This document shows positions 42,912-52,744 of a DNA stretch of 64,000 bases, one piece after another (the stretch's first letter is position 1; every line of letters begins with the position of its first letter). Source of the DNA: Bryobacterales bacterium. Its GTDB lineage: Bacteria; Acidobacteriota; Terriglobia; Bryobacterales; UBA6623. Made by a program: the position numbers and the translations under genes. The DNA is taken from positions 1,024,001 through 1,088,000 of the forward strand of contig OY729427.2 of the NCBI GenBank assembly GCA_963422375.2, read 5' to 3'. The notes under the pieces were generated by a model. It did not search any database and was not told where the DNA came from. It saw only the letters and a program-made list of their open reading frames with translations.

Positions 42912-44023
42912 AGGAGAATCCCCTCAACGAGGTGCTTGATTGCAGTGAAGCGTTTTCTAACCTTGCTCACGGCCGAAGTCCCAACAGAGATGGCCTTGTC
43001 GAATTCCTCATCGTTCATTGCTAAGTGTTTGAACTCTCTCTGCACTACTTCTGAGTTTCGGATAAGATGGTCTATTTGATTTGAACTAACAGATGCAAGC
43101 TCGACTCCCCAAGTCTCAAACAATGCTCGATTAATCGGCTTCTTCCTGCCATTCGTATCCCGTGGTTTTCGGAATGTGTCAGCGCCAAATATCTTGTAAG
43201 CAGCATCCATAGACCGCACGAAGTCATTTCTGTAACGTGCACGCTGTTCCTCATTGAGTTGGTTAATTCTCCTCATAGTTTTGCCAAGATAACCATCTAA
43301 GTCTCTTGCATCATAGGACTGCCACGGATCTATCCTAAAGGCCATAAATCGAAGAACACACTCTTGGTCCGCCTTGCGATCAGAGTTGATACTCTTTCCT
43401 GTTGCTTGGAGGAACTCTTTGGAGTTTGCTAAATCTCGAAGAAAGTCACGCGCTGGACCTCGGTGCATTGCATGACGGATTTCCTGCCCTGTCAGTGAGA
43501 CTCCACCTGTGTTGATTCGTTTAAACACATTGAACTTGACTTCTTCCGGAGTGCCAGGTTCAATCACATTCACAATCAGTTGAGTCTCGCTGATCCGCCG
43601 TTGAAGAAATCTAGGAAGGTCACCATATATCTTGTCATTGTAATTTATCAAGTATTCGAGGTCTGTGAGCGGAAACTCTCCCTTCACGAATCTATAGACT
43701 GATGTAATGCGTTGAATTCCGTCAACAACGTCCCAGTGATCGCTGTAGTCGGAGGCGACATAAAATACGGGAATTGGGATCCTCAAGAGTAGAGACTCAA
43801 TCAGTCGACTCTTCTTGCGAGAATCCCACACGTTGGTACTCCTCTGGAAATCAGGCGCTAGTTCGATCTCATTGTGATCAAGTCGTGAGACGATCTGCTC
43901 AATCACAACCGTATTCGTGCGTATCTTTATTTTTTGGGGATCGAACGGCCGGGTGATCCTCGCAGATCCATCAGTCTGCTCACGTTCAACTCCATCCAGA
44001 CCGGTTGCATCAGAGTAAGACAT
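42908..44023 (-). CDS. DUF262 (ParB-like) domain protein (Menshen NsnA-like)
   Basis: PDFQR..VW, SRLIESLLLRIPIP, VVDGIQR and FKRINTGG motifs. Confidence 0.88.
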   Translation of the reverse strand: MSYSDATGLDGVEREQTDGSARITRPFDPQKIKIRTNTVVIEQIVSRLDHNEIELAPDFQRSTNVWDSRKKSRLIESLLLRIPIPVFYVASDYSDHWDVVDGIQRITSVYRFVKGEFPLTDLEYLINYNDKIYGDLPRFLQRRISETQLIVNVIEPGTPEEVKFNVFKRINTGGVSLTGQEIRHAMHRGPARDFLRDLANSKEFLQATGKSINSDRKADQECVLRFMAFRIDPWQSYDARDLDGYLGKTMRRINQLNEEQRARYRNDFVRSMDAAYKIFGADTFRKPRDTNGRKKPINRALFETWGVELASVSSNQIDHLIRNSEVVQREFKHLAMNDEEFDKAISVGTSAVSKVRKRFTAIKHLVEGILL

Positions 44024-44898
44024 GGCACGGACGCTTCAACACATCATTATACAACATGCGAAGGTAGGTGCGACTGGATCGCTACCTGTCTCCAACGAGG
44101 CGGTCGATTCCCGCGGCAGTCGGGGCTCGGGCGTCCGCACCCTGAAAGATCGTCGGCGCGCAGCATGCGTTCAGACAGGCCTTGAAGAGGGAAAGGCGAG
44201 GCTAGCGCTGAGGATCGAGCGCCGCTCGAGATGCTGGCGCTTCAGGGAAATGTCATTGACAGGGGGCGAGCCTTGGTTGCAGACCTCCAGCTTGCCGCGG
44301 CCCTCGGCGCCACCGGCCCCCTTCCGGCGCTCCCGCTCCAACTCCCCACTCAGCCTTCACCGCGACTTGAGGAGCCGCTGCTTGACCCGCTCGTACACCC
44401 GCCGCCAAGGATGTCCAGCATTCAGGGCGACCGCCGTCGGGTCTATCTCCCGCTCGCGCAGCCTGACGCAGGCAGACGGAGGTCGCAGGGCTCGCCCGCG
44501 CCTGCATCCACGGTCGGGCGAGGCTACTCGGCTGAATCCCGGCCACGCGCCAAGCCCGACCGTGCGTGCACGGCGGCGCAGATCACTCCCGAGTCGTTGG
44601 GGCCCGGCCGCGCCGTCCCCGTTGGGCACGCATGGGCCTCGCGCCTGTTGTCAACCCAGCAATTCCACGGCCATTCCCAGTCCGGCCCACGCTAGAGCCG
44701 CGCAAGAATGCACCATGCTGCCTACGACGTCTCCCTGTTGCAGGGGGCTGTCTGCAGAATGCGGCGCGTCTCGGCGACAGTTGCTCCTGACAGATGTGCT
44801 GCCGCTGCCGCGGCTGACCGGTGTACGGCCTGCGGTGCGAAGCGTGGCCTGGGGCTCGGCGATTCTGCCAGTCGCGCGGCACCGTCGGCACTTCGGCC

Positions 44899-46536
44899 CT
44901 ACGTTCGGCTTCGGGTGCCGAGCAGGTCCCTAGCAGCCTGTCGCGCCTCCCCTAGCGTGGCGACCTTCCGGTTCCCGGGCACCCCCCGCAGCACGTCGAA
45001 CTCACGGATGGTAGCGGCACCCGAGCCGTGAAGTCCCTTGATAACGAAGTCGGTATCGGATGCGGTCGCGACCTCCAGAAGCCGCTCGATCACCATCGCG
45101 GCGCTTTCGTCGATATAGGTGGTGTCGGTGAAGTCGAAGATCAGAACCTCGTGATCTCGGATTTCCGGCCCGACCACGTTCACCAGCTTGTTCGACGAGG
45201 CGACAGTGGCGACAGTGAGGTCGCCACTGAGCGCCACCAAGCCCACGCGCCGCGCAATGGGGCTCCCGGCTGCCATGTCCTCGTCACAGTCGAAGAGAGT
45301 CTCATCCCGCATAGGCATGAAGACGACCCTGTCGAGCTCAAGCTGCTCCAGTCGCCGCGCATGCACCATTCCCCCTGCAATCAAACCGATCGCCGCCGCG
45401 GTTATCGGGTCTACGAATACCGTGAGGCCAAGCGTCGTCAGAAGGACGAGCAGGCTCTCGCCACTGATCCGGTGGAGCCGGAAGAGCAGACGCCAGTCAA
45501 TGATGTCCCAGCCCGCCTTTATGGTTACGCCGGCAAGCGCCGCAATCGGTATCGGCTCGGCAAGGCGGCCAAGTCCCGGTACCAGCGCCAGCAGGGTCAG
45601 CGCACATATCACTCCCGACCACGGCGATGATCCCCCGGAGCGGATATTGGTCACCGTGCCTAGCGACGCCCCGGAACCGGGAAGCGCCCCTAACAGCCCG
45701 GCTATCGTGTTGCCGATACCTTGGCCGACGAGCTCGCGACCAGGGTCGTGACGCTTGCCCGTCAGCGAATCGGTCGCCAGCGCAACCAGGAGGGTATCCA
45801 CCGCACCGAGCAGCGCGAGCATCAACGCCGGCTCCAGGGCATCTAGCAGGACTCCGGTAATGGGGACTGCCAGTCGGATGCTCGGCGATTCGGTCGGCAA
45901 TTCGCCAATGACCGGCGCACTCGTCAACCACAGCACACCCATCAGAGTGCCGACTACGAGCGCTACGAGCGGCCCGGGAGCGAACCGCGCAAGGCGGTGC
46001 GGCCAGAGGAAACCGATCGCCAGAGTGACGGCGGCGATGGCCAGGGCGCTGAGACGGATGTTGGCGAGCGCATCCGGGAGCGCCCACATCGTGCCGATGA
46101 GGCCGCCCGGATGAAGGGGCGCGCCGAGAAACGGGGGAAGCTGAACCAGAATGATGATGGCACCGAAGCCGGACATAAGCCCGGACACGATCACGCGCGG
46201 CGTGTAGGCTGCGAAACGGCCGACCCTCGCGAGGCCTAGAATCACCTGGATCAAGCCGGCGAGAACAACTGCCGTCAAGGCATCGGCGACATTGTGCGCG
46301 TAGCTGGTGACGACGGCCCACATCGCTACGGTCATCGCCGCCGTGGGACCGGATATCTGGGAGCGCGTGCCGCCGAACACAGCCGCGCCGAAGCCGAGCG
46401 CGACGGCACCATGGAGTCCCGCGACCGCTCCCATGCCCGACGCGATGCCGAAGCTGAGCGCCAACGGCAGCATCACTGCCGCGGAGGCGATCCCTCCTAG
46501 GAAGTCGCCACGGATCGTCAGGCGGTCAAGCTTCAT
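44899..46536 (-). CDS. SulP/SLC26 anion transporter with STAS domain (BicA-like)
   Basis: RGDFLGG...LPLALSFGIASG, QISGPT, ELVGQGIGN and STAS IFDF...IDESAA motifs. Confidence 0.88.
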   Translation of the reverse strand: MKLDRLTIRGDFLGGIASAAVMLPLALSFGIASGMGAVAGLHGAVALGFGAAVFGGTRSQISGPTAAMTVAMWAVVTSYAHNVADALTAVVLAGLIQVILGLARVGRFAAYTPRVIVSGLMSGFGAIIILVQLPPFLGAPLHPGGLIGTMWALPDALANIRLSALAIAAVTLAIGFLWPHRLARFAPGPLVALVVGTLMGVLWLTSAPVIGELPTESPSIRLAVPITGVLLDALEPALMLALLGAVDTLLVALATDSLTGKRHDPGRELVGQGIGNTIAGLLGALPGSGASLGTVTNIRSGGSSPWSGVICALTLLALVPGLGRLAEPIPIAALAGVTIKAGWDIIDWRLLFRLHRISGESLLVLLTTLGLTVFVDPITAAAIGLIAGGMVHARRLEQLELDRVVFMPMRDETLFDCDEDMAAGSPIARRVGLVALSGDLTVATVASSNKLVNVVGPEIRDHEVLIFDFTDTTYIDESAAMVIERLLEVATASDTDFVIKGLHGSGAATIREFDVLRGVPGNRKVATLGEARQAARDLLGTRSRT

Positions 46537-46921
46537 GGCGGACCCACTTGCGGTCTCTGTCGTCGGGATGGCCGGACTGTCTCGAGGAATGGACGCCTAG
46601 TACCGCGACGCACAGGTCCCGATGTCGTTGACAGCAGCGTAGTCCAAGAGCTCGCCGAGTCGCCTGCGGGAGGGCAAGCCGAGGGACTTGGGCAGGATCT
46701 CCGGCACGGAGTCAAGCGATTGGTGCGCACCCCTCCGCCTTGTCAAGGCCAAACGAATGCTCCGCCTCCCTGCTGATCTCAGGACGACCAGACTTCGCGC
46801 ATGGTGCGCCAAGAGCTGCGCACTGCCGCGAATCCCGCTGGAAGACTTGCCTTCCGCAAGGCGCTCGCCCGCCGTTGGCTGCCAGACTTGCCGGCACGGA
46901 GTGCCGGAATCAAGCCCGCTC

Positions 46922-48421
46922 TCAGGGAACTCCCGCTGCGCTCGCCAGAGCCGCTTCCGCACCGGACACGATTCCGGCAACGGCGACGTCAAGCACTTCA
47001 AGAATCGGACCCGGGTACACACCCGCCGCGATCACGATCGCGACCAGCGGCGCAAGCGTCAGGACCTCGCGCGGCCCGAGATCGGGCAGCGACTCCACCA
47101 TGCGAGTCGGCACGCGACCCAATGCCACCCGTTGCAGCATCCAAAGCATGTAACTGGCCGAGAGCACGATTCCGCCCATCGCCAGCAGGACCTTGAGCAT
47201 GCCGCCGTAAGAGGTCCCCGCCAGCACTAGGAACTCGCCGACGAAGTTCGCCGTGCCCGGCAGGCCAAAGGCGGCCACCGAGAAGATCGAGAGGAACACG
47301 ACGAACCTAGGCATTGACTTGTGCAGGCCGCCGTAGTCGCCGATCATGCGCTTGTGGGTCCTTTCGTACAACAGGCCGATCGCCAGGAACAGCGCTCCTG
47401 TCGTCAGTCCGTGGCTGAACATCTGCACGACGGCACCCTGGACACCCTCGCTGTTGAACGCGAAGATGCCGAGCGTGACGAACCCCATATGCGAGACCGA
47501 GGAATAGGCGATCAGCTTCTTGATGTCGGATTGCGCCAAGGCCAGGCACCCGCCGTACAGAATGGCTGCGACGGACAGCCACAGAATGTAGGGCGCGTAC
47601 GTCGCGGCGGCCTCGGGCAGCGCGGGCACGCAAATCCGAATCATCCCGTATCCGCCCATTTTCAGCAGTACGCCCGCAAGGATGACGCTGCCCGCCGTCG
47701 GTGCCTCGGAATGGGCGTCGGGCAGCCAAAGGTGGAACGGCACCATCGGGAGCTTGATGGCGAATCCCAGGAAGAGCAGTCCGAAGATCGCGAGCTGTGC
47801 TTCCGTTCCGATGTCGCTCTCTACGATCGCCTGCAGGTCGAAGGTCTGCCCGCACTGCAAGTACAGCCCCAGAATCCCCGCCAGCAGCAGCAGGCTGCCC
47901 GCCAAGCTGTACAGCACGAACTTGATCCCGGCTACAACCCTATTCGGTCCGCCCCAGAGGACGATCATGAAGTACATGGGAATCATCGTGACTTCCCAGA
48001 GCATGAAGAACAGGAACAGGTCCATCGCCGTGAAGACTACGATCATGGCCCCCTCGACTAGGAGAACCAAGCTCAGAAAGGCCTTAACCTTGCTCTCGAT
48101 CGATGTCCAGGAAACGAGAACGCAGAGCGGCGCGAGCAGCGCGGTCAGGAGCACGAGCACGATGCTGATGCCATCCACGCCGACCGCGTATTCGACGTTG
48201 AAGGACGGCATCCAAGCGACGCGCTCCACGAATTGCATGCCGCCCTGGGCCGGATCGAAACCAGCCCATAGAGACAGCGAGAGACCGAGAGCGCCGACCG
48301 TGGTCGCCAGCGCGACCCAGCGGGCCCACGCGTCGCTTCGGACAAGCAGCAGGATCGCGATTCCGAGAAACGGAATCGCAACCAGCGAACTGATCATGTG
48401 GTCTGCTAGGATCGACGTCAA
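46922..48421 (-). CDS. NuoM-like antiporter-type membrane subunit (second copy, part of the Dab/Mrp cluster)
   Basis: GVDGIS, LWEVTMIPMY, HLWLPDAHSEAPT, LLKMGGYG and NFVGEF motifs. Confidence 0.88.
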   Translation of the reverse strand: MTSILADHMISSLVAIPFLGIAILLLVRSDAWARWVALATTVGALGLSLSLWAGFDPAQGGMQFVERVAWMPSFNVEYAVGVDGISIVLVLLTALLAPLCVLVSWTSIESKVKAFLSLVLLVEGAMIVVFTAMDLFLFFMLWEVTMIPMYFMIVLWGGPNRVVAGIKFVLYSLAGSLLLLAGILGLYLQCGQTFDLQAIVESDIGTEAQLAIFGLLFLGFAIKLPMVPFHLWLPDAHSEAPTAGSVILAGVLLKMGGYGMIRICVPALPEAAATYAPYILWLSVAAILYGGCLALAQSDIKKLIAYSSVSHMGFVTLGIFAFNSEGVQGAVVQMFSHGLTTGALFLAIGLLYERTHKRMIGDYGGLHKSMPRFVVFLSIFSVAAFGLPGTANFVGEFLVLAGTSYGGMLKVLLAMGGIVLSASYMLWMLQRVALGRVPTRMVESLPDLGPREVLTLAPLVAIVIAAGVYPGPILEVLDVAVAGIVSGAEAALASAAGVP

Positions 48422-48449
48422 ATCTAGCCCTCTCCTAAACCGAATGCCT

Positions 48450-50405
48450 CTACCCTGCTAGGAAGTAGCCCCAGCCAATGGCAGCAGCCATAATGCAGAC
48501 GATTATGGCGAGGTGATGGCGGAGAGTGCGCGGCCCGGCCCGCTCCAGCGCGTTCCCCGTGCCTTCAGCCGCCCGGTCAAAGCCTCGCAGTGCACTGTCC
48601 GTAGCGGGCTGGTCCAAGCCGCTCCACAGCCAGCCAGCTCCTCGCACCGTCGCCTTCGCCGCCCCGTGCGCGGTGCCTTCGCCGATTCCTTCCACCCTCA
48701 GCCACAACCATCGAGAGAGCCGCAGCACGGGGTTCACGGCCAAGGCCTCGTGCAGCTCGTCGAAGTAGAGCTTGTTCAGGAGAAGCACGTAGGCGGTCCT
48801 CGCCCACGGCCTAGCAGCCAGCGGCACTGCCGGCGGTTTCGCATGCCGATACCAAGCCCAGCCCCAGCCCGCCACCGCCGTGGCTAGGGCCGCCGCCAGC
48901 GAGAGAGGGAGATCCGTGGGCCGAGGCTCCCCCGCCGCCGACCCCGTGACAGGCGCCAGGAACCCGCTGAAGGCCGACCAAGCGCCGAGCAGAAGAGCCC
49001 CGATAGCGGCGCCCGCCAAGGCCAGCCCCGGCAGGTGGGCGATCGATAGCAGGCGTGGCCGGGCGCTGACGCCCTCCCCCACCGATTGTCCGAACAGGGA
49101 CACGATGCCCCGGAAGACGTAGGCGGCAGTGAAGAAGACTGTCGCCAAGGCCACGCACCAGAAGGCCGCCCGGGCCGAAGGGAATGGCTGAGCAACCCAG
49201 ATCCGCTCGTACGGGCCGGCGAACAGCACCACCGCCGCGACGCAGGCCAGCGGGAGCGCGCCCATGGCCAGGCCGACGACGCGGGCCGGCCGGCCCGCCG
49301 GCCCGCCGTGCCCATGACCGCTCGCGGCATTCAGGGCGTCCCCGGTCGACAGGAACAAGAACCCCTTCAGGAACCCGTGCGCCAAGAGGTGGAAGATGGC
49401 GGCGCCGAACGCGCCGACCCCGCAGGTGAAGATCATGAAGCCGATCTGGCTCACCGTCGAATACGCGAGCAGCTTCTTGATGTCGCTCTGGGTCAGCGAA
49501 ACCAGCGCGCCGTACAGCGCCGTGACCGCCCCGACAGCCGCGATCGCCCCCATCGCGGGAGGCGACAGGATGACTAGCGGGGCGAGCCGCACGAGCAGGA
49601 ACGGACCGGCATTGACCATCGTCGCGGCGTGAATCAGGGCGGAGACCGGTGTCGGAGCCTCCATGGCGTGCGGGAGCCACACGTGCATGGGCACCTGCGC
49701 CGACTTCCCCATGGCCCCGCTCAGCAGGCACAGCGCGATCAGCGTGTTCCTCTCGATTTCCAGTCCGAGGAACGCCAGGGTGCGACCGTCCATCGCCGCG
49801 GCCCGCTCCAAGAGCTCCGGTATGTCGAGCGTGCCGTAGGTCGCGAAGGCCAGCACCACGCCGAATCCCAAGCCGACGTCAGCCACCGCGTTGACGAGAA
49901 AGGCCTTGGTTGCCGCCCGCCCGGCCGCCGGCCGCGCCGCCCAGTGCGAAATGAGCAGGTAGGAGCAGATTCCCATGACCTCCCAGCACATGTACGTCAC
50001 CAGGAGGTTGTCGCTCATGACCAGCATCGCCATTGCGGCGGTGAACAGCGCCATGACCGCGAAGAAGCGGCGATACCGCGGGTCTCCCGTCATGTAGCGC
50101 GACGAGTAGACGTGGACGATGAAGCTGACGCCCGTGACCAGCGGGAGCAGCAGGACCGCGAGCTGGTCGATATACAGGCCGGCGTCGACGACCAAGCCGC
50201 CCGCCTCGATCAGGCGATACAGGGGGATCTCGATCAGACCGTCTCGCGCGACGCCGGCGAACGCTGCCAGCGAAAGAGCGAACGCGGTGCCTACGGAGAA
50301 TATCCCGACGCGGTGGATCCCGGCCTCGCCCAAGCGGCGACCGCCCAGCGCCAGGAAGAGGAACGCCGCCAAGGGCAGCGCAGGAATCAGAGCGTAGGCA
50401 GACAT
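48450..50405 (-). CDS. NuoL/MrpA/DabB-like antiporter-type membrane subunit
   Basis: WEVMGICSYLLI, GKSAQVPMHVWLP.AMEAPTPVSALIHAATMVNAG and HGFLK motifs; divergent after this point. Confidence 0.85.
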   Translation of the reverse strand: MSAYALIPALPLAAFLFLALGGRRLGEAGIHRVGIFSVGTAFALSLAAFAGVARDGLIEIPLYRLIEAGGLVVDAGLYIDQLAVLLLPLVTGVSFIVHVYSSRYMTGDPRYRRFFAVMALFTAAMAMLVMSDNLLVTYMCWEVMGICSYLLISHWAARPAAGRAATKAFLVNAVADVGLGFGVVLAFATYGTLDIPELLERAAAMDGRTLAFLGLEIERNTLIALCLLSGAMGKSAQVPMHVWLPHAMEAPTPVSALIHAATMVNAGPFLLVRLAPLVILSPPAMGAIAAVGAVTALYGALVSLTQSDIKKLLAYSTVSQIGFMIFTCGVGAFGAAIFHLLAHGFLKGFLFLSTGDALNAASGHGHGGPAGRPARVVGLAMGALPLACVAAVVLFAGPYERIWVAQPFPSARAAFWCVALATVFFTAAYVFRGIVSLFGQSVGEGVSARPRLLSIAHLPGLALAGAAIGALLLGAWSAFSGFLAPVTGSAAGEPRPTDLPLSLAAALATAVAGWGWAWYRHAKPPAVPLAARPWARTAYVLLLNKLYFDELHEALAVNPVLRLSRWLWLRVEGIGEGTAHGAAKATVRGAGWLWSGLDQPATDSALRGFDRAAEGTGNALERAGPRTLRHHLAIIVCIMAAAIGWGYFLAG

Positions 50406-50452
50406 CTCCTATTCCTCGCTCCTTGCCGCTAGCGCCATGTCGCTCCCCCGTG

Positions 50453-51925
50453 TCACAGGCCCAGCCCGCCCGTCGCCTCGGTCAGCAGCCCGACGATCGG
50501 ATCGTTGAAGATTCCGAGCAGCAGCCCGGCGGCGGCCAGCGCGGCCATGCTGGTCCGCAACTGCCACGGCGTAGCGGCCTCGCCGGCTCCGGCTTCGCGA
50601 ACGCCCTTCCGGAACAGGCTCTCGAACACGAGCGAGAAATACCGGAGAGTGACCAACGACGCCACAACGACCGCCGCCGCCGAGACGTAGTCACCGGACT
50701 CCAGCGTGGCCAGCAGGATACGCATCTTGGCGAAGAATCCGCCTGTCGGGGGCAGTCCCACCGCTCCGAGCGCAGCCACCACGAACGTAGCGACGGCCCA
50801 AGGGTTCCGCACGGGGGAGCCCGCGACATCGTCGAGCGAGCGGACGCCGTAGCGGTAGGCCAGGAATCCGGCCAGGACGAATAGCGTGCATTGCAGCACG
50901 GCGTCGTTGAGCAGGTAAAAGAGGGCCCCGGTCAGGCCGGTCTGGCTGCCCTGCCCCGCCGCGACCAGCACCAGCCCCGCATGCGAGATCCCGCCGAATG
51001 CGAACATGCGCGTCAGGTTCCTCTGCTTCATGGCGAGGCAGGCCGCCCCCACGGACGACAGGATGCCCAGAACGGAGAGAATCCCTAACACGTACGTCGA
51101 TCCGACCGCCTGGCCCGGCTGCAGGACCCAGAAAAGGATGCGCAGCCAGACCAGCATCACCACCTTGGTCACCAGCCCGCCCAGGAGCGGAAGCGCAGTC
51201 CGCGGCGCGTCGGCGTAGGCGTCCGGGAGCCAGCCGTGCATCGGCATGACCGCCATCTTGACCGCGAGCCCGATGAAGATGAAGATCAGGCCGCCCATGA
51301 CTGCCTTGGACGCAAGCGGATCGGGCAGCAGCTGGGCCAGGTCTCGTATGTTGAGCGTCCCCGTCGCCGCGTAGAAATAGGCCACGCCGAGCAGGTAGAG
51401 CGCGGTTCCGGCGCTTCCCATGATCAGATAGCGGAACGCCGACACCAAGGCCCGCCCGCCCGGCACCGCGACGAGCGCGTAGGCCGCCAGCGAGACCACT
51501 TCGAGGAACACGAAAATGTTGAAGACGTCGCCCGCGTACACCGCGCCGGCAAGGCCTGCCATCAGCAGCAGCACCATCGCGTGGTAGGGAACCGTGCGGC
51601 CGGCAATCAAGCGGCCGCTGACCGGGCCCGCGTACAGCAGGCTGATCGCGCTCACCGCACTCACGGCCGCGGCCATGACCGCGGCCGGAGCGTCCACGAT
51701 CCATTCGACTCCGAGCGGCGCCGCCCAGCCGCTCCAAGGGTAGTACCTGGCGCCGGCACCCACGCACACGCTCCACAGGCTCCACGCGGCCAGCAGCGCC
51801 ATGCATGTCGCTGCCAGGAGAGCGAGGGGCCGGCACGCGCTCTTGCTGCGATGGCCCACCAGCGGCATGCAGATTGCCGCCGAAAGGGGCGCGAGGAGCA
51901 CAAGTGCTGGAAGGTGGTCTGTCAT
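50453..51925 (-). CDS. MrpD-like proton-conducting membrane subunit
   Basis: GWAAPLGVE, GDVFNIFVFLEV, GTLNIRDL, HGWLPDAY and GLPPTGGFFAK motifs. Confidence 0.85.
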   Translation of the reverse strand: MTDHLPALVLLAPLSAAICMPLVGHRSKSACRPLALLAATCMALLAAWSLWSVCVGAGARYYPWSGWAAPLGVEWIVDAPAAVMAAAVSAVSAISLLYAGPVSGRLIAGRTVPYHAMVLLLMAGLAGAVYAGDVFNIFVFLEVVSLAAYALVAVPGGRALVSAFRYLIMGSAGTALYLLGVAYFYAATGTLNIRDLAQLLPDPLASKAVMGGLIFIFIGLAVKMAVMPMHGWLPDAYADAPRTALPLLGGLVTKVVMLVWLRILFWVLQPGQAVGSTYVLGILSVLGILSSVGAACLAMKQRNLTRMFAFGGISHAGLVLVAAGQGSQTGLTGALFYLLNDAVLQCTLFVLAGFLAYRYGVRSLDDVAGSPVRNPWAVATFVVAALGAVGLPPTGGFFAKMRILLATLESGDYVSAAAVVVASLVTLRYFSLVFESLFRKGVREAGAGEAATPWQLRTSMAALAAAGLLLGIFNDPIVGLLTEATGGLGL

Positions 51926-52299
51926 CCGATCTTCGCGAGGATCTCGTCCTCGTCCAAGCTCCCGAACTCGCGGTAGATCCGGCTGACCAAGCCGAGCGAG
52001 ACACCGAGCGTGGCAATCTGCACCACGATCGCCGTTAGGGTCAGCACTTGCGGAAGGGGATTGACGTACTCAGCCGCCGCGACGGCGCCCGTCACTTCCC
52101 GGATCACAGCGACGGTCGCGCCTTCCTTCGCGCCCAGCGTGACGAAGAAGAAGATGACGCTCGTCTGGACGAGATAGAGCCCGATTAGCTTCTTCACCAA
52201 GTTGTGATGGGTAATGGTGATGTAGAGGCCCCACACCAACAGGAGCACGGCCACGACGACGTTCGGCCGCTCGACGGCGAGTTCAAGCATCTCAACCAT
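51922..52299 (-). CDS. MrpC / MnhC subunit
   Basis: NLVKKLIGL and NPLPQVLTLTAIVV motifs. Confidence 0.85.
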   Translation of the reverse strand: MVEMLELAVERPNVVVAVLLLVWGLYITITHHNLVKKLIGLYLVQTSVIFFFVTLGAKEGATVAVIREVTGAVAAAEYVNPLPQVLTLTAIVVQIATLGVSLGLVSRIYREFGSLDEDEILAKIG

Positions 52300-52744
52300 C
52301 GGAACCACCCCGGGCGCCGCTTCGCGAGAGACTGAACACGATCGACACCGCCGCCACCGCGACATCGGCGGCGACGCCGACCTGGGTGAGCAGGATTCCC
52401 AGGTATCGCCGGTAGGGGGGCGGGACGCCGGGGACGGGTGCGTCCGAGTAATTCAGGAACTCCCCGCCGCCGATCATGCAAGCTCCCCCGATTGCAACGT
52501 ACAGAATCAGCCCTGTGCCGTCACCCGCGAGGACGCTGCTGGCCCGCTGCCCGGAGACACCCTCCCTGCCGAACACGATCAGCCCCACAACGATGCTGGC
52601 AGCCACCATCACCCCGGCCACGAACCCCCCGCCGGGGCCGTACTGCCCGAAGAAAAGCACGTACAGCGCGAAGATTTGCACCAGCGGGATCAGCATCGAG
52701 CAGGTGCGCGTCACGATGACGCTTCCGAACGGGGAGCGGATCAT
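52292..52744 (-). CDS. MrpB / MnhB-domain subunit
   Basis: FALYVLFFGQYGPGGGFVAG motif. Confidence 0.85.
   Translation of the reverse strand: MIRSPFGSVIVTRTCSMLIPLVQIFALYVLFFGQYGPGGGFVAGVMVAASIVVGLIVFGREGVSGQRASSVLAGDGTGLILYVAIGGACMIGGGEFLNYSDAPVPGVPPPYRRYLGILLTQVGVAADVAVAAVSIVFSLSRSGARGGSDG

Noticed and set aside
44030..44890. Possible transposase remnant between the Menshen-like operon and sulP
   Set aside because: No DDE, HTH or terminal repeat signature could be identified.
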